From assembly GCF_009914755.1 (NCBI RefSeq), contig NC_060927.1: 64,000 nucleotides of DNA; one strand, 5' to 3'. Under the pieces are notes generated by a model that saw only the letters and a program-made list of their open reading frames with translations, was not told where the DNA came from and ran no database searches. Numbering within the stretch: position 1 is the stretch's first letter; each line of letters begins with the position of its first letter. The position numbers and the translations under genes were made by a program. The DNA comes from the human T2T-CHM13v2.0 reference genome, Homo sapiens. This document shows, one piece after another, positions 1-13,834 of this stretch.

Positions 1-7
1 CATTGTG

Positions 8-315
8 GCCTGGGCGCGGTGGCTCACGCCTGTAATCCTGGCACTTTGGGAGGCCAAGGCAGACAGATCACTTGAGGTCAGGAGTTCAAAACCAACCTGG
101 CCAACATGGTGAAATCCCATCTCTACTAAAAATACAAAAATTAGCCAGGCATGGTGGCATGCGTCTGTAATCCCAGCCAGCTACTTGAGAGGCTTAGGCA
201 GGAGAATCGCTTGAACCCGGGGGGCGGAGGTTGCAGTGAGCTCAGATAGAGCCACTGCACTTCAGTCTGAGCAATAGAGCAAGACTCCGTCTCAAAAAAA
301 AAAAAAAAAAAAAAA
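8..315 (+). mobile_element. Alu (AluS-type), full length
   Basis: Alu head, A5TACA5 linker and A-tail; flank CATTGTGG repeated after the tail (TSD cut by window edge). Confidence 0.97.
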
Positions 316-339
316 GAATCCATTGTGGGTTTTTTTTTT

Positions 340-650
340 AATTAAATTTTTTCCTGATTACTAAGGTAATTCAGGTTTATTATAGAAATTAGGAAATTTC
401 GGAGAAGTAGAAAGAAAAAAGTCATCTCTAATCCCAGCAAAGATATCTAACTGCTGTTAATATTGTGAGATATATATAAATATATATATATACACACACA
501 TACATATATGTCTTTCCAATCATTTTTCTAGGCCTACATATAAGTAAATATTTTTCTCTTAAAAGAATTAGGATAAGGCTGGATCAACTGTTTTACATCC
601 TGCTTTTTTTCACTACATTTGCTAATGACAAATAGAAGCCTTTGTTTTAA
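340..650 (-). mobile_element. Old L1M(E) 3'-end fragment with internal (TA)n(CA)n
   Basis: Resembles antisense L1ME 3' UTR; highly diverged. Confidence 0.5.
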
Positions 651-1031
651 AGGAATTTAATGTTCCAATGACTTCTCTCAATTTCTCAAAATCTGTGTTT
701 TTGTCACTCGTGTGGACTTTGGTGTAGTAACTCTGCTTGTCCTACTAGCTTTCTGAAAAACAGAAGAGAGGCTGGTGAACTTGACTTTTTCTTGCCAAGG
801 ACTTAATTGTGTCATTTATAATAGAGATCTTGGGGCCTGGCATTTTAGCACACTGAGAAAGAAATATGCTAATGTGTTGTCCTTCACAGAGAGCACAAGA
901 ATAATTAGCCACCCCAGGGCCACTCCTAAACAGGTTGTTGAAGCCTTGTTGCCTCCCTTCCTGGGGAACTTTCCAGAGGGAAATTCTTCCCTAGTAACTA
1001 TTCTACTGGCATGCAACTTCAATGCTTCCTT

Positions 1032-1500
1032 TCTCTTCCCTGCAATGTCATTGTGGTAGATTGTAAAAAGGGACACAATACTACTTCTCTCATCAGAGAT
1101 TAAGTTTATTTTCTAAGCCCTTGAATCAGGGCTGACCTTGTGATTTTTGTTGATCCGTAGAAGTGGCGGATGTGACAACGTGTCAGTTCGAAGCCTAGGA
1201 CTTAAGAGGTCTCACTATTCTTGTTGCTCCTTTCCACCAACATGCAAACAAGCCTGGGCTAGCCTGTTGGGTGAAAAAAAAAAAACACTTGGAGAGAGGC
1301 CCCATTCATTCCAGCCAAGACCATTATAAACCAGCAGCCCCAGTGACCATGGGGGAGCCCAGTGGAAACTAGCTAAACCCAGACCAGACCAGAAGAACTG
1401 AAACTGATGACTTACTAAACTGAGAGCTAAATAAATGGTAGTTGTTTTGCGTTAGTAAGCTTTAGGGTAGTTGATTACACAGGAAAGGCTGGCTGATAGA
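1032..1500 (+). mobile_element. MLT1-family (ERVL-MaLR) solo LTR
   Basis: TGTGGTAG start; AATAAATGGTAGTTGTTTT...CTGATAGA end typical of MLT1. Confidence 0.75.
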
Positions 1501-1506
1501 ATCACC

Positions 1507-1729
1507 TGGGGCGGGGGCAGAGGTTGCTTTATTCTGTTTACGATAAAGTATTAATGTAAAAGCATTAATTGCGTAGCACCAGGTATGTAATAAGCATTCA
1601 ACAAATGGCATTAGTATCAAATGAGATGAGGGTATTGGCAGGGCTGGTACCTTCTGGAGGCTTCTGGAGAGAATCCATTTCCCTGCCTTTCACAGCTTCC
1701 AAAGGCTGCCTGCATTCCTTGGCTTATGG
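1507..1729 (-). repeat. Composite inverted local copy: 1507-1619 = rc(1808-1924); 1621-1729 = rc(2169-2277)
   Basis: Manual reverse-complement alignment: ~3-4 substitutions plus a 4-bp indel in the first part, ~6 substitutions in the second. Confidence 0.95.
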
Positions 1730-1877
1730 ACACTGGATAAGACACAAAGACACAAAGGCAAAAACTATATCTATTTTGATTATGGGCACTAGTAGGTGGT
1801 CCCTAAATGATACTAATGCCATTTGTTGAATGCTTATTCCATACCTGGTGCTATGCAATTAATGCTTTTACATTAGT

Positions 1878-2365
1878 TGTTACTTTATCATAAACAGAAT
1901 AAAGCAACCTCTGCCCCCGCCCCAAAAAGATGTGCACATTTCAATACCCAGAACCTGTGAATATGTTTTCTTACATAGCAAAGGGAATTTTGAAGATGTG
2001 ATTGAGTTAAGGCTCTTTAAATGGAGAGATTATTCTGGATTATCCAGGTGAGACCAATGTAATCACAAGGCTCCTTATAACAGGGAGGCAGGAGGATCAA
2101 AGACGAAGAAAGGAGATGTGACTATGGAAACAGGATGAAGTGATGTGCTGTGAAGATGGAGGAAGGGGCCACAAGCCAAGGAATGCAGGCAGCCTTTGGA
2201 AGCTATGAAAGGCAGGGAAATGGATTCTCCTCAGAAGCCTCCAGAAGGTACCAGCCCTGCCAATACACTGATCTCATACTTCAGACCTCTAGGACTATAA
2301 GAGAATAAATTTGTGTTGTGTTAAGCCACAAAATTTGTTACAGCAGGAATAGTAAGCTAATACAG
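1878..2365 (+). mobile_element. MLT1D-like solo LTR inserted in a MIR (MIR pieces ~1808-1877 and ~2366-2490)
   Basis: GGATTATCCAGGTG, GAAGATGGAGGAAGGGGCCACAAGCCAAGGAATGCAGG, ...CTAATACA end; flanks rejoin as an antisense MIR. Confidence 0.85.
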
Positions 2366-2817
2366 ATTTAATTCCCATGAAACTTTATAAAGTACACACT
2401 ACTGTCATCATTTCCATTTTACTTATGAGGAAACTGAGCCTCAGACCAGCTAAGTAACTTTCCCAGCAGTTAAGTGGCAGCACTATGTCAAAACTGGCCT
2501 CCTAAACCTTACACTCTAGAGCCTCCCACTGGGTCAGAGAAAGACCACAGGATTTGGAGTCCAGACGGGAAGCACCTCTATAAAAAAATTGAAATGAGGA
2601 GTTGGATCAGATGACTTCAAACGATCCCTTCCTGTCCTAATTTTCTGTGACTTCTAAACACTGAATCCGCATCTTTCAGTGCCAGGTTCCCAAACTTGCA
2701 AGAGGAGCAGGTAGGACTCAGAGGGGCTCAGTCACATCTGAAGAAGGAGTCAAAAGAAATCTCCAGAAATGGAGTGTGGACCATACCAAACCAGGACCTT
2801 TAAAAAAGGTAACAGGG

Positions 2818-3541
<724 letters not shown>

Positions 3542-3549
3542 GGAGGAGA

Positions 3550-3975
3550 AGCAATTGAGCCAGCTCATCCCCAGGATGAGCTGTGATTGGCCCAAGTCCT
3601 TCATTATAATCTCATCTCCCTTGCCACAGTGATTAATAAGAATGATGTTCAGGGACTTCTGTTTGGTGATTGAAGAAAGAGAGCTCTCTCTTATTCCTGA
3701 GAGTATAGTGTGCAGATATGAGGCCTGGGACAGCTGTAGCCACTTTGTTACAATGAGGGAAGCCAGTCTGAGGATAAAGCCAGTGCACAGAGAAGGGCAG
3801 AACAGAGAAACTTACAGAGAAACTGAGCCACGTCCTTGATCAAACTATTCCTGAAGTCTAACCTCCCTCTGAACCTTAAAGTAAATAAAACCTAATAAAT
3901 TCTCTTTATTGGTTCAAGACAGTTTTAGGAGCTTTGTTTTTTATGCTTTACTTTTAAAGCAAAACTATCCTAACA
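3550..3975 (+). mobile_element. Old MLT1K/L-like LTR
   Basis: CTGAGGATAAAGCCA...AATAAATTCTCTTTATTG motifs. Confidence 0.55.
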
Positions 3976-4672
3976 GACATCAACCAGTCACCTCTATAGT
4001 ACCTAGTTACAGGGACAGATATAGGCAATTTTTCTCACAGTTTAGCTTCCTGGGAGAACCACTTGGCTCTTGGCCATTTCTCTCCTTACACTTCTTATCT
4101 TCCCTACAATCAACTATAGCTTCCTGTATCCTTAAGCACCTGTTTTGATTCTAGCTAGCTCATGCAGATAACTATTTTTTGACTTTATTTCAGCCTGTAT
4201 TTCTTTGCTCTCTGCTCTACTACTGGCCCTCACTGTTGTCTTGAGTTTCTTTATAATGAATTCTGGTCTGTCTGATATGCCAGTCTCATCAGCCACAAAT
4301 CAGTGGTCAAAAACTCTGGGCCCAGTCCTCCCTTCTCAGAGGACCAAGGAAGCCATAACCTTCCCACTACTTGAACCCTCTGGGTGATGAAATGGCCCCA
4401 GGGACAGAGGCTTCCGCTGAACCGCCCAAACTTGGATGAAGTGTCAAGCAGGCTAAAGCAGTGAAGGAAGGGTTCTCGGTCTCTGAACATCACCAAGCAG
4501 AGGCTATACTGGCCCTGACCCACGGTGCTGTAAGGGAGGCCCCTGATCAAGGGAAGAAACCAGAAACATGAAAGTAAAGAGATCTGCATTACAGTCCCAG
4601 CTCTTTCACCACAGGGCTCTGAGGCCTTGGCCCTCCTCTGGGCCTCATTTTCTTCATCTGTAAAAAAGGTTG

Positions 4673-4945
4673 CAGAAGTCTTTAGCCCCGGTTGATATTT
4701 GAGCAACCTCATGAGAGACCTTGAGCCAGAACCACTTAGCAAATCAGCTCGCAAATTCTAACCTACAGAAACTATGAGATCATAAATGTGTGTTTTTTGA
4801 AGCCTTTACATTTGAGGGTACAGTCGTCCCCTGGTATCTGCAGGGATTGGTTCCAGGACCCCTTCAGATACCAAAATCCATGGATGCTCAGGTTCCTGAT
4901 ATAAAAGGATATAGTCCCCAAAGTTATTTGGTGCTGGTAATCTGT
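4673..4945. repeat. Composite local copy: 4673-4915 = rc(6255-6497); 4913-4945 = direct copy of 7300-7332
   Basis: ~17 differences in 243 bp, and 1 mismatch in 33 bp; AGT shared at the internal junction. Confidence 0.95.
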
Positions 4946-6040
4946 TCAGGGATTTTGAACTTGGAATTCATGTAGGAATTTCAGGTGGCCAAAGTTTTCC
5001 AGTGAGATTATTCGTAGTTTCCATTATATTATCAAAGGAAGATGTAACACAAAATTTTTAGAAGTACAGGCCTACATTATCTTAAAGGTTCTTCTCAGCT
5101 TTGGCAATCTGTCATTCTAGATGCCTTACGACAGTGGATTCGCTATAAGGAATGCATTCAAATGCAGGCACATAAGGTGCGAATTAGGGAAGTCAGAATT
5201 GCCCCAAGCCTTCCAGTTTTATCTAAAATTCAGAATTCTATGTAAATTCCAGTTGCATCTTCCCTGTACAATAATTCTTAGGTATACTAACCTTTGAGAA
5301 CCACCGAGCTAGACCGGAGGAAGACACAAAGAGAAATTCTACAAGCTCGTATTTTGGGCACTTAAACCATTCTCCTTTAAAAGAACTACCATCTAGACCC
5401 CCAAACCAAAAACTACACCGTAAAATAAGGTTTGTCGTTCCCAGGGTGTGCAAAGCACTGGTGGAACAGAGGAGAAGCAATCAATACTGCCTGGAAGGGA
5501 CACAGGAAGCTGAGGAACGCTCCAGAGAAGGTGATGTCAGGGCACGGCAGGGTGTCCTGGGCAGGGGGAGAGCATGTGCAGAGACCCGCAGGCTCAGATG
5601 CCAGTGTTCACCATGCAGGGGGGACTGGGAGGCATGTAGAGAGGTGAAATGGTGGGAGATGGGGCTGGGGAGAAATTGGGACTGGATTTTCAAGGCCTTG
5701 TGAGCTGTGTTAAGGGCTTAGCGCCAGCACTGGCAGGCAGGGCAGAGGGTATACACACACAGGTGGGATGTCAAACAAAGCTCTGGGCAAACGCACCCCT
5801 GAGCTGCATGGAAGAAGAGCCTGGCTGGGTCTCAGGTAGCCTGGGAACAGCCCCCTGCATATTCTCTATATCTCAGCCCAGGAGACTGGCTGGAGGAAAA
5901 TAAAGCCTTCTTGGGGGAGGCTAAGTTCACTTTGTCCAAGGGTGGCTTATTAGGTTAATAGTGTAGCCCTGCAAGAAATGAATGGAAACTGACTTTTTAC
6001 ACATGTATTAGTTATCTATTGCTGCAAAACAAACTACACT

Positions 6041-6349
6041 ATCCTTGGATTCCACATCTGTGGATTTAACCAGCCATGGACCAAAAATATTCAAAAAATA
6101 ACAACGAAAATAATAATACAATAAAAATAATACAAATAAAAAAGAATACAGTATAACAACTATTCATACATAACATTACATTGTATTAGGTATTATAAGT
6201 AATCTAGAGATAATTTCAAATATACAGGAAGATGTACATAGATTATAGGCAAATACTATACCCTTTTATATCAGGAACTTGAGCATCCATGGATTTTGGT
6301 ATCTGAAGGGGTCCTGGAACCAATCCCTGCAGATACCAAGGGATGACTA
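6041..6349 (-). mobile_element. MER2 (TcMar-Tigger MITE)
   Basis: GGTCCTGGAACCAATCCC...GGGATGACTA terminus and the characteristic AT-rich core. Confidence 0.85.
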
Positions 6350-6765
6350 TACCCTCAAATTTAGAGGCTTCAAACAACACACATTTATGATCTCACAGTT
6401 TCTGTGGGTTAGAAATTTGGGAGCTGATTTTCTAAGTGGTTCTGGCTCAAGGTCTCTCATGAGGTTGCTCAAATATCAATAGGGCTAAATACTTCTGAAA
6501 GCTCACGTGGGGTGAGTGGGGCCTCCAAGCTGCTCACTCACATGGCTGTGGGCAGGAGGCCTCAGTTTCTCACCACCTGGGCTTCTCTGTAGGGCTGATT
6601 GAGTGTCCTCAGAACATGGCAGCTGACTTCCCTCAGAGCAGATGATCCAAGAGAGAGCCAGGAGGAGGTTGAAACCCCTTTTATGCTCTGATCTTGGATG
6701 TTACTGTCAGATCCTCCACAGTATTCATTACAAGTGAGTCTCTAAGTGCAGCCCACACTTAGTAA

Positions 6766-6985
<220 letters not shown>

Positions 6986-7109
6986 TTCATCTTTTGAAGG
7001 GAAAAGTGTCAAAGAATATTGGACATATTTTTAAGCCACCATAAGCCAATCTAAAGTAATAATTTTAGGAATATTCTCAGGTGTGACAGCCCAGGCAGAC
7101 ACATTCCTA

Positions 7110-7332
7110 GGTTAATGGTTATCAGATTCATTGTACATACAAATCATCTGGGGGTGCTTGGTAAAAGGAAAGATTCCTATGCCTACCTCCAAAATATTCT
7201 ATATTAGGAGCTTGGGAGTACGGCCCAGAAATTTGCCTATTTTGCTAAGTTGTCAGGGTATTCTAACACAGATGAGGTCCGGGAATCTGCATTTTGGTAA
7301 GTCCCCAAGGTTATTTGGTGCTGGTAATCTGT
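7110..7332. mobile_element. MER5-type hAT-Charlie fragments
   Basis: AATCATCTGGGGTGCTTGGTAAAA and GGGAATCTGCATTTT motifs. Confidence 0.55.
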
Positions 7333-8749
7333 AAAAATACCCACCTCAGAACTGACAATAATTGCCAGTTGGTATGGCAGTTTAGAAATTCCAATACATT
7401 TGGGAATAACTAAGTGGTTAGAAGGTCAGCCAAGGACAGAGGCCACAATAAAGTAGCACATGGGCACAGCTCTCCATGAACACCCACACGGAGAGAGGGC
7501 AGCAATCACAACACGTTTTCTACTCTCCTGGACCAAGTCCCTGGGAGCTTCTCAACACAACACTCCAGGCAGCCACCTCTAACCATTCACAGTTGGCGTA
7601 GGACTTGTGACCTATTTGCAATCCTTAACCTAAGGTCACATGCCCAGGAATCCACCAGTTCTGACATGTGACAGTGCTTTAGAGTTCTGGCCAGACAGAG
7701 ATTTCTTCAGCATGCACTGAGAAGGAGCTGGGCACAGCTATGATCAATTTTATAAATGAACGTGGATAATGGGGTGGAAAGCAGGGATAGGATCTTGGAG
7801 GATAGGAGGTGTTCTTGGCTAGACTCATCCCTGGGAAACTTTGGTCTGGTTCAAATGTTGAGACACTCAAGTAACAGGCTCAGGATAGAGGCCTGTACTT
7901 CCCCCTGATGAGGAACAGGGTTTAGGAGGTGGGCCAGGGGGTGGCCCTTTGTTTAGTTAGCCTTTTCTGGTTCTTCATGGAGCTTGTAGGAAGATTGCCA
8001 GGACCCTCTGTGAGTTTCCAGGCATTGTCTGGGCCCCTCTTGCTCTCTTTTTATGGGATGGTTTATGTCTGCTCCTCGGCCCTGGGAGGGAACCCGCACA
8101 AGAGTTGCTAAGCAGCTGGTGGAGCCTTTCTGTTTTAAGCCAGGACACTATTGTCTCTCTCTTTATTTCCCATAAGGAGCCGTGACCCAGGTGGTTACTG
8201 AGCTGCCGCCAAGTCTGCAGTGCTATTGGTCCAGAAAAGGGCAAAGAGCGAACAGAGCCATCAAACAGCGTGAGGAGCAGGTGAGGGGTATGAGAGCCCA
8301 GTACGAATAACTGTGGCAAAGCCTGGGCCTCACACCCTCGTGTACACATCACGCCCCTGCAAGTTCACCTCCACTGTTCAGGGTCCGATCGCCTGGAGGA
8401 TGGGTGTGGCTTTTCACGCAGGGACCCGCAGGCTCAGACCTATTTCCCCAGCGGCTTCTGTGGACTGCAGAATCAGGGAAACGTTTCCCCAAGAGGCTTG
8501 ACATGGCATTGTGTCGAACCCCTGGAAAACCTTACCCCCCAAACCTTCCTCCCTCTGCTGCTTGTCTCTAACTGGGCTGTTTCTAAGGCAATTGTAGCTA
8601 TATAATTTTCTATTTTTTCCCCACACTTAATCATGCTCCTTGTTAAAAAAACATTAGAAAATAAAGATATGAATTAAAAAAACCACCCTACACCCAAAGA
8701 TAACCACTGTTAACATTCTGAGATATTCCTTCTAGACTTTTTCTCTCTC

Positions 8750-8808
8750 TGCATGCGTGTGTACGTGCGCGCGTGAGTGTATTTATATATATGCGTGTAT
8801 ATATATAA
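8750..8808. repeat. Alternating purine-pyrimidine tract
   Basis: TGCATGCGTGTGTACGTGCGCGCGTG...TATATATA. Confidence 0.85.
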
Positions 8809-8811
8809 AAT

Positions 8812-9400
<589 letters not shown>

Positions 9401-10402
9401 TGAAATCATATTGTAAATACTTTCTTGTCTTTAAAAAAATTTACCATGCCATGAACTCTTTCTGTTGCCAGCTATTAGGAATCTACACACCATTTTTTGC
9501 AATGGCCATAGAGCTCTCCGTCAGTTGGGCTCAACGTGAAGTAATGTACATCACCAGTCCCGTTACTGGACACTGTGTATGTATACCGCACAGCCTGCCT
9601 TATAAGCTGCTTTTTAAATTTAAAATATCGTGAACATCTTTCCATGTCATAGCTGTGGGATGTTGACCAAGTCATTTCACCTCTCTAAAGCTCCATTTCC
9701 TCCTTTGCGGAATAGGGGGTGTACTGTGAGAATCAATGACCAGGACAAGTGTTCTGTGCTTAGCGCAGACTCTGGCACAGGAGGCACCCGCAATAAAGGG
9801 CCACAGCTGTGTTTAATGTCCTTGTTATGGTCCCTACGTCATGATTTTTAAATGGCTTTTTATGGCCATCTCTCATATGCAGACACCATACATTATTAAA
9901 TTAGGCCCTATAGTTGGACTTTTAGGTGGTTCCCAAATTTCCACTATCATAAATCACTCTACCATTAATACAATTATGCATCATTTCCACTGATGTCTGG
10001 GGAAATTAGTAAAAGTGAATAAGCCGATCCACCTATCCTAACCTGGGACTTACGAAACAAAAGACAAATTATTTTCTTCATAACCCAGTTTTAGACAAAT
10101 TGTATCCCCTTCTTCCTGTTAAGCTCTGCCCCCAGCGCCTCCAGCCCTGCTTGTTTATCTGGTCCTGAGTCACGTGCTAACCAGCACCGTAGGGCATGGT
10201 TCCTAGGCTAAGCCCAGGTTGGTCTTTTACTGCTCTTACGCCAAGCCCAAGTCCCCTTCTTTCTGCCTTGAGACCACCCAGCATTGTATTCAAGTGCCTG
10301 CAGGATTCCTCTTCTATTTGGTTTTTAAGTTACAGGTATACAATATGTGATGTATATAATGCATGTGTACAGTTTAAAGAGTGATAATAAAATGAATATC
10401 CC

Positions 10403-10715
10403 TGGACAAGCCTGGTGGCACACACCTGTAATCCCAGCACTTTGGGAGGCCGAGGTGGGAGGACTACTTCAGCCCAGGAGTTCAAGACCAGCCTGGGCGA
10501 TATAGTGAGACCCCCATCTCCTCACAAAATAAAATTTTAAAAAATTAGCCAGGGGTGATGGCACATGCCTGTGGTCCCAGCTACGGGAGGTCAATATGGG
10601 AGGATTGCTTGAGCCTGGGAGGTTGAGGCTGCAGTGAGCCATAATTGTGCCACTGCATTCCAGCCTGGATAACACAGCAAGACGCTGTCTCAAAAAAAAA
10701 AAAAAAAAAAAAAAA
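10403..10715 (+). mobile_element. AluJ
   Basis: GAGCCCAGGAG/GAGGCTGCAGTGAGCCAT-type diagnostics; TSD GAATATCCCTG. Confidence 0.93.
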
Positions 10716-11571
10716 GAATATCCCTGTGTCTACCACCCAGGCCAAAAAATAAAAGTCAATACCCAAAAGTGCCTAACAGCGTTGTGTGTCTCTCCTGCTT
10801 CCTGGGTGTCTGGGGTAAAAGGGGAGGGTCCACTGGGAACACCCCAGCTGACCCCTTACTGGCTCTGTGGCCTTGGGCACATTAGTTAACTCTGGGAGCT
10901 GATACAGGAGTATCTTCTCTTTGAAATGGAAGATTGACCCACAGATTAAATGAGATGCTTCTTTTGGTAAACCCTGAGCCCAGAGCTTGGCACCAAGGAG
11001 GTGCCCAAAGCACAGGAGCTAATTGTTTTTACTATGGAGGGGAGTTTCTGGACAGGGAATTCAAGAACATGGTTGTCGCCTGGCACTGCCAGCCCCTTAG
11101 CTCTGTGAGCCTAGGCAAGGCAAGCCCTGGGCCTCAGTTTTCTCAGGTAGGAAATGAAGGGGCTGGACTCACTAGGAAAGCTCTAACTTCCTTTCCAGCT
11201 GTGACCTGTTGAACTTCTACTAATCATTAAGCCAAGGAAAATGGGTTACGATGAAGCAAGAACTTGACAGAGGGTCACTGTTTACAGTGCCTTTAGCTGG
11301 CTCCTAGAAACAGTGTGACTGGCCCAAAAGAACATGGTCAGAAGGTAATAATCGGATTAATAATGATAATACTTCCAACACTTTTTCTGGGGGATGCTGT
11401 ACTAAGAGCTGCATACATATCCTTTTATTTAACTCTGAAGTTAAACAAATCTATCTGATAGATTGTATTTTTATGCCTATTTTACGGAAGTGGAAATGGG
11501 CTCAGAGAGGCTCTATGGCTTCTCCAAGGTCATGGAGCCCTGGCCTTTTCCATCTGTAAGCCTGTGCTTAA

Positions 11572-11740
11572 ACCAGCACTGCTCAGACCTTAACGAGCAC
11601 CTGCGTCACACGGGGATCTTGTGGAAATGCAGATTCCGATGCCGCAAGTCTGGGGTGGGGCCCGAGATCCTACATTACTAACAAATTCCCGGATGATGCT
11701 GAGGCTGGTGCTCTTCTCATTACCCTTTGAGTACTGAGAC
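11572..11740. mobile_element. MER5A-like
   Basis: GGATCTTGTGGAAATGCAGATTCCGAT...GGGGTGGGGCCCGAGAT. Confidence 0.7.
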
Positions 11741-12876
11741 TTGGCCACTGTTGCACTCTCCGGGAGCCAAGCTGAGCAGGGACGCAGGGTCTCAGACTCT
11801 TTGGTTTCAGTCAACATCAACTTCCCGGCTATTTTTATCACATCCCAGGAAGAGAAACTGTCGGCATCACATACCAAACAAGACTGCTTCTGGGTCAGAC
11901 ATACCAGAAAGGAAACGTTTCCTGTTGACAATAAGGTCCTAGTTTCTCCCTCTGGCAATGTTTATTTTTCCAGGCATTTGTTGAAACCTTCATATCTTGT
12001 CCTACTGAGGACGGTGATTCAAGACACAAACTCACAGTTGATTTCAGCCACACACCTTCATGCTAGCATTGGGCATTCAACCTATCCCAGGTGCCCTGTC
12101 AGATCCCAAACACGGCATAACATTTATTTTGGCTGCCACTAAGGGTCTGTGCTTTATCCTGTTAGTCGTGCCCATCAAGTCTGGAAGGGAATTTATACAT
12201 AGGCTACTCCCAGAAAGGAAGCCTTTTACTTGTAGAGTCCAGAGGGAGACACAAAACATTTCTTTTTCCCCACAAGTCATCATTTAGTCCATAAAAATGG
12301 GCATTTGGGAGCCCCTCCTGGCTCTGGTCTCCCTGGATCCCCTTCTCCTGTCTCTCCTCTGTCCCCAGTTCTGCTGAGGTCCTGGCATCATTTTTCTGTC
12401 TCTCTGCTCTCCCCCTCCCAGGGTCGTGGCTCCGTGCTGAAATAGCCTGTCCTCCAGGGTCTTCAGAGGGGAACATCCAGACAGGACAAACACGTGTTTC
12501 TCTTCCAGAACTGTGATGCGTTATTCTGCCGACAGTGCCTCAGTTTCCTCTTTGGGGAACTGCATCCGTGTCGAAAAGGACCAAGGCGGAGGGATGGGCA
12601 ATCTCAACTTCTGATTCTGCTGATACCGCTTCTGCAATGTTCCATGCGGTGTGAGGCTGAAGGGGGCCATCAAGGGATGGGAGCGGGGTGCAGCTTGCCC
12701 TGAGTAACAGGGAAGGGGAGTGGCCTCACGTCAAAGCAGCCCGAACAGAAGAGGGCAGTTACAGCACGCGCGAGAATGCCTGTGTGATGCCGTAGAAATG
12801 CCTCCCAGACCTGACATTGTGTTGCAAGGTGACAGTGAATATGTGACAACTGCAGATGCATTCGTAAGAACTGCAG

Positions 12877-12980
12877 ATCCTTTTGTAGTTCTTGAGTGTG
12901 ATGATCGGGTGCTCACACTCATGTGTGAGATATGCCACCCTCGAACCTCATTTTGAAGTCAGCACGTTACCTGTCTGACA
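12877..12980 (+). pseudogene. SNORD13: U13 snoRNA retropseudogene (symbol given is the parent gene)
   Basis: ATCCTTTTGTAGTTC.TGAG.GTGATGAT...TGTGTGAGAT.TGCCACCCT.GAACCT...GTCTGAC matches U13 end to end; short A-rich tail; TSD AAGAACTGCAG (12866-12876) / AAAAACTGTAG (12994-13004). Confidence 0.93.
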
Positions 12981-13184
12981 TGAAAACAAACCAAAAAACT
13001 GTAGACGCTGTTCTCTTGAGGAAATAATGAGTTATAATTGTTGCTGACCAGTTTGGCATGGGGCTAAGTCTTTCCACCTTAATTTCTTCCCGCGTGCCGC
13101 AAGACCTTCAAGCCTTTGGTCAATATTCGCTACTTCAAAGTCCAGAAAGGCCTTCTGTGAATCCAGGCTGCACGCAAATACCCA

Positions 13185-13361
13185 CAGAGCCAGCGTCACA
13201 GACTTGTGACCTCTGAAGTCACACGCGGCCCCACTCTCAGAAGAGCCCTGCGCTTGTCACAGTGCTCTGCCCACACCCTCTGGAAATTCACAATACATTT
13301 TGAACACAGGATCTACATTTTCATTTTGTACCGAGCCTGGCAAATTACGTAGCCAGTCCTG
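13185..13361 (+). mobile_element. MER45A-like (hAT-Tip100)
   Basis: CTCAGAAGAGCCCTGCGCTTG...CATTTTCATTTTG...CAAATTACGTAGCCAGTCCTG. Confidence 0.75.
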
Positions 13362-13834
13362 AATTCCAAGGATAGCCACTGGGTTCTCAGACCTGACTTC
13401 CTTTTCCTTCCAATTAAAACAAAATTTCAAGTCTGTTGCTGGTCATGGCAGAACCATCCGAAATCAGGAACTGGACTCAGAGCTGCAAGCTTGGTCTACC
13501 TGTAGGAGGAATTCCTCTCCCTAGGCCAGGACTCTCTGGAAAAAGACTCTGGAGAAGAGGGTGGGGAGCTGTGCTGGGGCCCAGCTCTGCACCTTCAGAT
13601 ATTTTAACTAGGTGTCAGGGAACCCTGCCATGCCCCATAGTCTGGTGGCAATATTTGTCCCTCTGCCAGAAGCACAACTTAAACGTCTCTATCTTCCGGT
13701 CCTAGAGAAGCTATTTCATTCTGACCAATTTGGCCTGCATATAATGGATAGTCCTGTGTTCAGAAAGGTGTTGTATGAGCCCCAGTGACAGAAGGGGCTA
13801 GCGGTAGAGTGTGAAGACACAGTGTCCCATGGCT

